Assembly: GCA_044440125.1 (NCBI GenBank)
Contig: JBITAJ010000012.1
Span: forward strand, 224,001-288,000
Reading direction: 5' to 3'
Length of the DNA stretch: 64,000 nucleotides
From: Sedimentisphaeraceae bacterium JB056
Lineage (GTDB): Bacteria > Planctomycetota > Phycisphaerae > Sedimentisphaerales > Sedimentisphaeraceae
This document shows, piece after piece, positions 47,283-55,661 of the stretch (position 1 is the stretch's first letter; each line of letters begins with the position of its first letter). The position numbers and the translations under genes were made by a program. The notes beneath the pieces are model-generated. The model saw only the letters and a program-made list of their open reading frames with translations, was not told where the DNA came from and searched no databases.

Positions 47283-47328
47283 TTTAGAAATACAATAGTA
47301 TTATAGATCTGTTACTTTAGAAATACAA
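47283..47328 (-). promoter_or_regulatory. Sigma70-type promoter of the AAA gene overlapped by a 13-bp direct repeat
   Basis: Minus strand TTGTAT (47328-47323)-17 bp-TATAAT (47305-47300); ttgtatttctaaa occurs at 47316-47328 and 47283-47295. Confidence 0.7.
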
Positions 47329-47380
47329 CCCTTTTTTAGTGTTTTCGATTTAGTTTTTTCGGTTTTGTGTCGTTTAAGTT

Positions 47381-47452
47381 TAATCTTGTTCGGAAAATGG
47401 CTAAATGTAGTCGCATTTTGGCGTTGTGAGAATCTTCTTGTAAGTTTATAAT
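47381..47452 (+). promoter_or_regulatory. Shared 21-bp-period direct-repeat operator plus promoter, copy 3
   Basis: taatcttgttCGgaaaaTGGCtaaatgtagtCGcatttTGGCg, then TTGTGA-17 bp-TATAAT. Confidence 0.7.
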
Positions 47453-47512
47453 TAATGCATATATTAGATTCTTAGATTTTAGTTCTTTTTCAGGTGTGAA
47501 AGGCTTTACCTT

Positions 47513-48331
47513 ATGAAAGATAAAAAGGGTTTTACATTAATTGAGTTGCTTGTCGTTATATCAATAATTGCGGTGCTTATGAGTATACTTATGCCGGCAC
47601 TTGGCAAGGTAAGAGAGCAAGCAAAGGTTGCGATATGTAAGTCGAACTTGAGGCAGTGGGGCGTTGTAATGTTTAGTTATGCAGCCGATAATAATGGCTC
47701 ATTTACTCAGGGGGATACAGAGGGCGGCGATATGATAGATAGATGGAATAATACCTGGCCTGTAACACTCAAATCTTATTATCAGGATGATGAAGATTTC
47801 ATGCTGTGCGCATCTGCAACAAAATCTGAAGAAGAGAACGGGCAGTTTCCCAATATGGCCTGGAGTGTGGCTAAACATGGCACATTTATTCCCAAAGACG
47901 TTAAGGGCAGCTACGGCCTTAACTGGTGGATAAACAATGCCAGTCCTGATTTTGCAGGTGTTATAAGTGGCGTACCATATCCAAAGGAATATTTCTGGCG
48001 TAAGTTAAGCAAAGTTAGTAACACTAGTAAGGTACCGATGTTTCTTGACAGTTGCTTTGTATACGGCAGACCAATCGAAGCGTCAACCCTCAATGACCCT
48101 CCTCAGACTCCGATGGAGGTAGAAATGGGTATAAGACGTTTCTGTACGGATAGACATAACGGTACTACAGACGGTGTTTTTGTTGATGGACATGCGGGTG
48201 GTATTGGTCTTAAAGAACTGTGGACTCTTCCATGGAGCAGAGGTTACAATACTAAAAACCGCTACACTCTGGCTGGTGGAGCTACACCGGCTATCTGGCC
48301 CGAATGGATGCAGGGCTTGAAGGATTATTGA
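47513..48331 (+). CDS. Prepilin-type N-terminal cleavage/methylation protein with H-X9-DG motif (planctomycete DUF1559-like)
   Basis: KKGFTLIELLVVISIIAVLMSILMPAL, CKSNLRQ, SYGLN, RHNGTTDGVFVDGH. Confidence 0.92.
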   Translation: MKDKKGFTLIELLVVISIIAVLMSILMPALGKVREQAKVAICKSNLRQWGVVMFSYAADNNGSFTQGDTEGGDMIDRWNNTWPVTLKSYYQDDEDFMLCASATKSEEENGQFPNMAWSVAKHGTFIPKDVKGSYGLNWWINNASPDFAGVISGVPYPKEYFWRKLSKVSNTSKVPMFLDSCFVYGRPIEASTLNDPPQTPMEVEMGIRRFCTDRHNGTTDGVFVDGHAGGIGLKELWTLPWSRGYNTKNRYTLAGGATPAIWPEWMQGLKDY

Positions 48332-48343
48332 TATTGCTCACAC

Positions 48344-48385
48344 AAACGAGACCCCTGCATTTAATGCTCGGGTCTCGTTTTTTTT
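48344..48385 (+). terminator. Rho-independent terminator
   Basis: aaacgagaccc / gggtctcgttt stem followed by T run. Confidence 0.85.
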
Positions 48386-48457
48386 ATATTTTGACAATTC
48401 GGCTCGGGCTGGTTGAATAGTGTTTCTGCATTTCATTTTAAGGAAAGACTACCTGCA

Positions 48458-51400
48458 ATGACTTTTGATAAGATTAAAAATTCAGCAGTTGCCTTGCTGT
48501 TCTCGTTAATTTTCTTTGGGCAGGTTTACGGAAGCTCAAGTGAAGAATCCGCGGCCCTTGTTACATTGATCAATTATCAGGACAAGAGCGTTTGTGCCGG
48601 GAGCTGCGATATCAAAGCTGAAATGCTTTATGATGCTGTCGGTGTGGAGAAAAGTAAGCCCCTGAGATTTGAGAGTACAAACAGCAAAGAGTTTTATGCT
48701 ACGCCTGTCGAAAATGATGGGGAGAGTTATGTACGCATATTTTATTCTCTCGAGCCTTTCGAGAGTGTTAAGCTTAAGGTAAGTGAAAGTGAAGAGTGGA
48801 GCGGTGAAGAAAGAAGCATCTACTCTACTTTTCAGAAAAATCTGGCTCAGGCGAGTCTCAGCAATGGGATTATAAAGATAGATTATGACCACAGAGGCGG
48901 AAAAGATAAATGGGATCTTTCATTCAGTGACGGCAGCTCCGTTCTTAAGGATGTTGAGTATGTTTGTTTTTTTGATGACGATCCGATGCGCGGACGCACG
49001 CCGATAGATACTGCCCGCAAGCTTGGTCTGCCCGACAGTTATAACGGTCGTATCGTTGATATGAAAAGCGAGAGTTCTAACGGTGGGGCAAGTCTGAATA
49101 TCACAAAAAAGTTTGACGGGATTGCTTCGGATATAGTGCTTAATGAAAGTTTTACACTAATATCCGGTGAGCCTGTTTTAAGGTATGACCTGAATTATGC
49201 CAACAACGGTGACAAAAGTGTTTATCTTGCCTTTATTTTCTGGGAAGGCTGTGTTAAAGGGAAATTCGGCGAGGCTCTTACCGGCAAGAAACTATTGAGC
49301 TGTCCGTGGGAGTTTGGGAGAGAGCAGATAGTTGATAAGTACAACAGGGTACTTCTGCGGTTTGGTCCCGGCTGGGCAGAGCCCAGAAGCTGGGCATCAA
49401 TCGAGTCGGCAAGCGGAATGGGGCTTGGGATTACGACCACCAAAGAGCTTACCGAACATCATTATCTCGGCGCATCGATATGGGTATTCGAGTGGGACAC
49501 TTTCCAGTTCGATCTCACAGAGACGACAACCGGCTACTATCCAATCGAAATACCGGCAGGGGAAACAATAAATCTGGGGCTTTGCCTGAGCCCTTCACAG
49601 GCGGGGATGGATGCGAAATCACAGGTTGATAAAATTTTTGCCAAAGTTCGCGATGATGCAGTGGGGCAGGGACATTTTGAACTTGACAGCCCGGTTGCTG
49701 TAATTCTGGACGGCAGGATCAAAACTGCTGCACTTAACAACGGTGTGGCCGATCTTAAGGCTGACGGCATGGCGATATGCGGCAGTAAAGATGCCGATAA
49801 GCAATTCTGGCCGCTTACTATTGCTACCAATCAGGAATATGTGTTGTCAGGAACCATCAGCGGTCTGGATAAAGATACGGAGGTGGCATTTTTATTGAAG
49901 TCGCTCACAGACGGCAAGTCTTCGGAATTAGTTCGTCTTTCAGTTGACGGCGATTTCAATGTTGAGCTTAGTAACAATACCGTTGATGGCGAGGAAGCGA
50001 TTCTTGAGTTCAACGGCTCCTCTGCCGTTATAAAATCTTTGTCATTTATGAAGAGGGTGCCTCACAGTCCGGTGGTAACTTCCCCGTTTGACGGCCAAAG
50101 TATTACGGATATCGCTTCGTTTTTCAGATGGAAGAGTGTTAAAGGCGTTCAGGAATACGAGTTTCAGATCGGACGCGATAAAGAATTTGAAAGTGCCCAG
50201 AGTAAAAATATTTCGTTCATCGGCAACCTGCCTCATTATATGCCGCAGGAACCGTTGGCAGCGGGAAAATGGTATTGGCGGGTTCGTGCTGTTGCTCGTG
50301 ACGGTCGAAACGGTGACTGGTCGCAGACGCAAAGTATTGACGTAAGCAACGATCATTCCTTTAAAGAACTTATCAGGCCTATAACGCCGCAAATGCCGTT
50401 GTTCAGCCTTGAAGCGTGGCGAGTGCGCGATCTTGAATATTTCAAGGATACCCTGCCGGATGATTTGAAGCCTTACTGTGCGGTGGCGGTTAATTATACC
50501 GGCGATTATATGCTGCATAAAAAAGAGTTTGAGGAATACTTCGAGCCGACCAAAAAATATGATATTCCAATTTTGATCGAGACTAACAGCCCGATGGGAA
50601 TAAACGATCAGTTCCCTTCCCTTGCGGAAGTCGAGTGGCTTTTCCAGAATTATCCCAACGTGATCGGTGCCTATGGCGGCGAGAATATGCAGGGGATTAT
50701 TTCCAATCTGCCGTACGTAAGAAACCTGCTTTTGCTTTGTGCCAAATATGGCCGCCATTTTATGCAGGGCGATGGCAACTACAGCGAGGTTAAGCTTCAT
50801 AAGGTTGCATCAGATGCCGATGCTATGGAACTTATGAAAAAATGCAGCAAGTATATAACGCTTGCTCAGAAGAATAATATCTGGCATATGCAGTATGTGA
50901 CGCAAAGCTCCATAATGGGTATGTGGCTTGCCGGAGTGGTTGGGCATACCGGAAGCTGGGAAGACGGCGGCTGGTATTGGGAACAGGTCGGCATGCGTGA
51001 GCTTGGACAGTGGTACGGCAGACGAAGCGGAGAGCTTGAAGATATGCCGCCTATTTTCTGGGTTCTTACATGGATACACGGGATCAACAGCGGCAGCACG
51101 GTCCTGTTCGCAGAGGGCCAGCCCGGCTCTACGATAGACCTCTACAGCCCCAATCCGTTTAAGAAGATCCCAAACGCTATCTGGGACAACAAGGGCAATA
51201 CTACTGAGGTGTTCACAAGATACGTTGAGCCGTTTTTGCGGGCGGTTGCCGAACATCAGCTTGTGCCTACAAAAGAAGAAGTGCTTGAGGATGTTAAGCT
51301 GGCAGTGCTTCAGGATAAGCCGCATGAAAAGGAAGTTTACAGCGAGCAGCAATTCTACGGCCCGTATACCGCTCTTTACAGCAGCACTTACGGCTTTGAT

Positions 51401-51976
51401 CAGAAGGGTGCGGATATTTATGAGTATTTTCCGAATACCGGTAGATATTATTATTTCCCTCTGCTGTCATATGGCACCGGTGAATTAAAACGAGCTGACG
51501 GCAGCGAAGTGCCGCAGGTTAAGATGTCGGAGATGACCGATGAAAAGAAAGTGAAAGAGGCTTTTGATAATGCGTATGAAAAAGAGTATGAGGGTGATGC
51601 ACTGGTAACTATGCCGGGCGATAAGGTGTTTATAATCAATACCAATGAAAACAAGGATATCACGCAGAGTTACAGGATAAAAAATCCGGGCAATACAAAA
51701 TTACTCTCACTTGAAGGCAAGATCGGCCCGCATGCTTATCTTATAGGCAAGGGAGAGAATGACGGCAGAAGTTTCTGGATGCAAGCCAATACCGCTTATC
51801 CTGACAGGGACACGGAATTGAAATTTGGATGCATTGCTGAGCCGGATGTTAAAGTTGTGCCGGCATCGGCATTGATCAAAAGTCAGTGGGACAAAAAGAC
51901 AGGTGCTCTTGATATAATGTTGTCGCACGCAGAAGGTGCCGTTGAGGTTACGATATCAGTTGAAGGATTGAAATGA
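48458..51976 (+). CDS. Large secreted modular glycoside hydrolase, GH98-like C-terminal half
   Basis: Signal peptide; FN3-like WYWRVRA module; GGEN, LCAKYG, QKN, GMWLAG...WYWE, NTGRY, NTNEN pattern recalls GH98 catalytic and C-terminal domains (by-eye resemblance). Confidence 0.6.
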   Translation: MTFDKIKNSAVALLFSLIFFGQVYGSSSEESAALVTLINYQDKSVCAGSCDIKAEMLYDAVGVEKSKPLRFESTNSKEFYATPVENDGESYVRIFYSLEPFESVKLKVSESEEWSGEERSIYSTFQKNLAQASLSNGIIKIDYDHRGGKDKWDLSFSDGSSVLKDVEYVCFFDDDPMRGRTPIDTARKLGLPDSYNGRIVDMKSESSNGGASLNITKKFDGIASDIVLNESFTLISGEPVLRYDLNYANNGDKSVYLAFIFWEGCVKGKFGEALTGKKLLSCPWEFGREQIVDKYNRVLLRFGPGWAEPRSWASIESASGMGLGITTTKELTEHHYLGASIWVFEWDTFQFDLTETTTGYYPIEIPAGETINLGLCLSPSQAGMDAKSQVDKIFAKVRDDAVGQGHFELDSPVAVILDGRIKTAALNNGVADLKADGMAICGSKDADKQFWPLTIATNQEYVLSGTISGLDKDTEVAFLLKSLTDGKSSELVRLSVDGDFNVELSNNTVDGEEAILEFNGSSAVIKSLSFMKRVPHSPVVTSPFDGQSITDIASFFRWKSVKGVQEYEFQIGRDKEFESAQSKNISFIGNLPHYMPQEPLAAGKWYWRVRAVARDGRNGDWSQTQSIDVSNDHSFKELIRPITPQMPLFSLEAWRVRDLEYFKDTLPDDLKPYCAVAVNYTGDYMLHKKEFEEYFEPTKKYDIPILIETNSPMGINDQFPSLAEVEWLFQNYPNVIGAYGGENMQGIISNLPYVRNLLLLCAKYGRHFMQGDGNYSEVKLHKVASDADAMELMKKCSKYITLAQKNNIWHMQYVTQSSIMGMWLAGVVGHTGSWEDGGWYWEQVGMRELGQWYGRRSGELEDMPPIFWVLTWIHGINSGSTVLFAEGQPGSTIDLYSPNPFKKIPNAIWDNKGNTTEVFTRYVEPFLRAVAEHQLVPTKEEVLEDVKLAVLQDKPHEKEVYSEQQFYGPYTALYSSTYGFDQKGADIYEYFPNTGRYYYFPLLSYGTGELKRADGSEVPQVKMSEMTDEKKVKEAFDNAYEKEYEGDALVTMPGDKVFIINTNENKDITQSYRIKNPGNTKLLSLEGKIGPHAYLIGKGENDGRSFWMQANTAYPDRDTELKFGCIAEPDVKVVPASALIKSQWDKKTGALDIMLSHAEGAVEVTISVEGLK

Positions 51977-53343
51977 AAAAAACGATATTATTGCTTATAT
52001 GCTTTTTAGCAGCTTTTGCATCAGCGGCAAACTTCAGACAGTTTGAAGATGGCGAGAGGGTGTGCTTTGTCGGCGACAGCATAACCCACGGCGGCAGTTA
52101 CCACACGTTCATATATTTATTCTATGCGACTCGTTTCCCTGACAGGGATATAAGGATGTATAACTGCGGGGTTGCCGGTGATACGGCCGAAGGGACGATA
52201 AGACGCTTTGAATGGGATGTTGAACCTAAGCATCCGACGATTGCGACCGTTATGCTTGGAATGAATGATGTCGGGCGTGATAATTACGGTTTGCAGGAGC
52301 CAACGCCCGAGCAGATCAATGCAAGAGAGGACAAGCTTGCTTCTTATGCCGAAAATATGGATATGCTTTGTTCGATGCTGCGGGATGAAGATGCCGAGCT
52401 CATAATTATAGGCCCCTCTATCTATGATCAGAGTGCCAATATCGAAAGAGAAAATCTTTTTGGCGTCAATGATGCTTTGATAAAATGCGTGAATTACTGC
52501 CGTGATCTTGCCGGGAAATTTGATGCCGGTTTTGTCGATTTCAATGCGCCTCTGCTGTTGATAAATAATAAGTATCAGAAATCGGATGCTTCTTTTACTA
52601 TTGTCGGTCAGGACAGGGTTCATCCCGGACGTGAAGGTCATTTTGTTATGGCGGCTGTCTTTCTGGAAGCTCAGAATGTCGGCGAGTATGTTTCAAAGAC
52701 AATGATAGATGTTGATGCGGGTAATTCCGATACTGTTAACTGCGAACTTTCGTCATTGAAAATATCTGATGAGGGGGTTGAGTATCAGTGTAAAGAATAT
52801 GCGTTGCCGTTTCCCGCAAAAGCGGCGATTGAATCTCCGGAGAAGTTTGTTGATTTCAGCGAACGATTTAATAAAGAAATGATTGTTGTTAACGGTCTTA
52901 AAGCCGGTGAATATGAACTGCTTATAGATGATGTTGCGGTCGGCAGTTATAATGACCAGGATTTGGCGGCAGGCATAGATATATCCGGTAATGAAAAAAC
53001 GCCTCAATATAAACAGGCAGTGAGTGTTTATGAAGCGAATGCAGAAAGAGCGGCGACAAGTTATGTACTCAGATCGCTTGCGCATGTGGAACATCAGATG
53101 CTTAAGAGTGCGGTTGTGTACCCTGACGAAATCGATGATATAAAACCAAAGCTTGCTTTGAAGATCAAAGAGGCGGAGGGTAAGTCGTGGTATAATTATT
53201 ATGTCGGTCAGGTTCAGAGATATTTTGAGAACAAGCCGCATGAAAAAGAATACAAGGATAAAGTTGAAAAGCTTATTGACCAGATGTATGAGATCAATAA
53301 ACCGGTGAGTCATAGATTTGTCATAAAACGGCTTCCTTCTTAA
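51973..53343 (+). CDS. SGNH/GDSL hydrolase (probable carbohydrate esterase)
   Basis: Signal peptide; GDSIT, NCGVAG, GMND, DRVHP blocks. Confidence 0.9.
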   Translation: MKKTILLLICFLAAFASAANFRQFEDGERVCFVGDSITHGGSYHTFIYLFYATRFPDRDIRMYNCGVAGDTAEGTIRRFEWDVEPKHPTIATVMLGMNDVGRDNYGLQEPTPEQINAREDKLASYAENMDMLCSMLRDEDAELIIIGPSIYDQSANIERENLFGVNDALIKCVNYCRDLAGKFDAGFVDFNAPLLLINNKYQKSDASFTIVGQDRVHPGREGHFVMAAVFLEAQNVGEYVSKTMIDVDAGNSDTVNCELSSLKISDEGVEYQCKEYALPFPAKAAIESPEKFVDFSERFNKEMIVVNGLKAGEYELLIDDVAVGSYNDQDLAAGIDISGNEKTPQYKQAVSVYEANAERAATSYVLRSLAHVEHQMLKSAVVYPDEIDDIKPKLALKIKEAEGKSWYNYYVGQVQRYFENKPHEKEYKDKVEKLIDQMYEINKPVSHRFVIKRLPS

Positions 53344-53373
53344 ATAAATAATTTGGAAAACAGCAGGTAACTT

Positions 53374-54375
53374 ATGAATTTTGAAAATATGCTGAAAAAA
53401 GTTCCGAACAATGCAGTCCTTACTCAGGACCAATGGTGGGTATGGGGGGCATCGATGGTTCGCGATGATAAGGGCAGGTGCCACTTGTTTTATTCACGCT
53501 GGCCGAAAGAGACGGGCTTTCAAAGCTGGGTTACTCATTCGCAAGTGGCTCATGCGGTAAGTGATAATGAACTTGGGCCCTATGAGTATGTTTCTGAGGC
53601 ATTACCTGCAAGAGGAAAGCAATTCTGGGACGGTGATTGTACTCACAATCCTACCGTTCATAAGTTTGCCGGTAAGTATTACATTTATTATATGGGTAAT
53701 CGCGGCGATTCGGTTATAGAGCCTGATCCGACAAATCTTAACTGGACGCATCGCAACAATCAGAGGATAGGTGTTGCGGTTGCTGATGATCCTAATGGCC
53801 CATGGCAGAGATTTGATGAGCCTGTTATCGATGTCAGTGAAGATAATGATGCACCGGATTCACTGTGCATTGCCAATCCTTCTGTAACGCAGACGCCTGA
53901 CGGTCGTTTTCTGATGGTTTATAAGTCGGTTGCGAGTAAGAGGCCGATGCCTTTTGGCGGGCCGGTTTCTCATATGGTTGCTTTTGCCGATAAGCCCGAA
54001 GGCCCGTTTGTTAAAGATAAACGTGAGGTGTTTACCTGTGAAGGAATTGATTTCCCCGCCGAAGACCCCTTTATCTGGTATAGCCGTGAAGATGAAATGT
54101 ATTATGCGATAGTCAAAGATATGAAGGGCAGCTTTACGGGTGCCGGAACATCTCTTGCTTTGTTCTGCAGTGCTGACGGCATCGACTGGAAAGCAGCGGA
54201 TCATCCTTTGGCAGGCAAGCTTGAAATCAACTGGGAAAACGGTGTGCAGAAAGTTGCAAGGCTGGAGAGGCCGCAGCTTTGGCTCGAAGAGGGAAGGCCT
54301 TCGGTATTGTTTGCCGCGGTTATGGATCTTGATGGAAATACCTTTAACGTACACATTCCGCTTTGCACGAATTAA
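53374..54375 (+). CDS. Five-bladed beta-propeller glycoside hydrolase (GH43/GH117-like)
   Basis: VWGAS, HLFYSRW, HNPTV, RIGVAVADDPNGPW, NPSV, EDPFIW, RLERPQ. Confidence 0.78.
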   Translation: MNFENMLKKVPNNAVLTQDQWWVWGASMVRDDKGRCHLFYSRWPKETGFQSWVTHSQVAHAVSDNELGPYEYVSEALPARGKQFWDGDCTHNPTVHKFAGKYYIYYMGNRGDSVIEPDPTNLNWTHRNNQRIGVAVADDPNGPWQRFDEPVIDVSEDNDAPDSLCIANPSVTQTPDGRFLMVYKSVASKRPMPFGGPVSHMVAFADKPEGPFVKDKREVFTCEGIDFPAEDPFIWYSREDEMYYAIVKDMKGSFTGAGTSLALFCSADGIDWKAADHPLAGKLEINWENGVQKVARLERPQLWLEEGRPSVLFAAVMDLDGNTFNVHIPLCTN

Positions 54376-54383
54376 AGAAGAAT

Positions 54384-55661
54384 ATGAATTGCGATATTAA
54401 AAATGCTTTAAGAAAATCAACGGCAGCAGTTTTACTTGCCGCGGGATTATTATTTGGCGGCAGTCTCGATGACGTTGCCCGATGTAAACCGCGTCAGGGC
54501 TGGCCACACTTTTTTGGCAAGCTTGCAGCGAAAGAACCGGTTACTATCGCCTATATCGGCGGCAGTATTACAGAACAGCAGGGCTGGCGTGACGGGACTT
54601 TCGATAATTTCGTAAAGACATACCCCGATGTGGAGTTTACGCAGATTAATTCGGCTATTCCGGGAACTAACTCTCAGCTCGGAGCCGCACGCATTGATAG
54701 GGATGTTCTCTCAAAAGACCCTGACCTTGTTTTTATAGAATTTGCGGTAAATGACGGCAACAGTGAGTATTCGCAGAAAACTTTTGAAGGGATGGTTCGA
54801 AAGATATACGATGCCGATATTAATACGGATATATGTTTTGTCTATACTATATGGAATGGTCAGATAGAGAAGTATTTGTATAATGGAAGATATCAGCCTT
54901 CGGCAAGCGGGATGGAAGTGGTTGCCGAACATTACGGCGTGCCAAGTATTCATATGGCGTTTTATGCTGCAAAGCTGCTTCGCGAAGATAAACTTGTTTT
55001 CAAGGCGCCGCTTTCAACAAAGGATAAGATTGCTTTCAGTCCTGACGGTGTGCATCCCTATACGCAAACCGGACATCCGCTTTATACCCGTGCCGTGGTT
55101 GATTCGCTTGTAGAGATTGAAAATGCATCAACTGCCGGCGAGCGGATTGTTCCGCTGGCTCTTCATAAAGATGACTGGCAGGATGCAAAGCTTGTAAGTT
55201 TAAGTGAAGTTAGAAAAAGTGAAAGCTGGCAGGAGATTACGACAAAAAAAAGTAAGCTATTCGCTGAGTTTGGAAAATTTATGCCGCGAATATGGATGGC
55301 TGATAAAAATGGCAGCTCTATTTCGTTTGCATTTAAGGGGACTGCCGTTGGGATATATGGAATAAAAGGGCCTGATGTCGGAATGCTTAAAATCGAGTTG
55401 GATTCGCGCGAGCCTGAGCTGATTACTTTTTTTGATTCTTACTGCACTGCCGGTCGGTATAAACTCAAATCTGTTATGCTTGCTTATGGTTTAAGTGATG
55501 ATGTTCATCGTGTTAAAATCACGGTGGACGAAGCTATGCCCGATAAAGCCGCGATACTGGCCAAGGGCGGTAATGAATATAAGGACAATGAAGAATTTAA
55601 CAGTCGTAAAGCATATATCGGCGATATTATTATAAATGGTGAATTGACGGAGTTTGAATGA
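54384..55661 (+). CDS. SGNH/GDSL hydrolase
   Basis: GGSIT, PGT, EFAVND, DGVHP blocks. Confidence 0.88.
   Translation: MNCDIKNALRKSTAAVLLAAGLLFGGSLDDVARCKPRQGWPHFFGKLAAKEPVTIAYIGGSITEQQGWRDGTFDNFVKTYPDVEFTQINSAIPGTNSQLGAARIDRDVLSKDPDLVFIEFAVNDGNSEYSQKTFEGMVRKIYDADINTDICFVYTIWNGQIEKYLYNGRYQPSASGMEVVAEHYGVPSIHMAFYAAKLLREDKLVFKAPLSTKDKIAFSPDGVHPYTQTGHPLYTRAVVDSLVEIENASTAGERIVPLALHKDDWQDAKLVSLSEVRKSESWQEITTKKSKLFAEFGKFMPRIWMADKNGSSISFAFKGTAVGIYGIKGPDVGMLKIELDSREPELITFFDSYCTAGRYKLKSVMLAYGLSDDVHRVKITVDEAMPDKAAILAKGGNEYKDNEEFNSRKAYIGDIIINGELTEFE

Noticed and set aside
36463..47452. TGGC in the shared motif as a sigma54 -24 element
   Set aside because: No TTGC at the required -12 spacing in any of the three copies; sigma70-like -35/-10 boxes follow instead
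48391..48419. Internal promoter starting at TTGACA upstream of the GH98-like gene
   Set aside because: No acceptable -10 box at 16-18 bp spacing
50042..53484. Long antisense ORFs (252, 180, 174 and 243 aa)
   Set aside because: They lie on the opposite strand of well-supported genes and have no recognisable motifs; shadow ORFs
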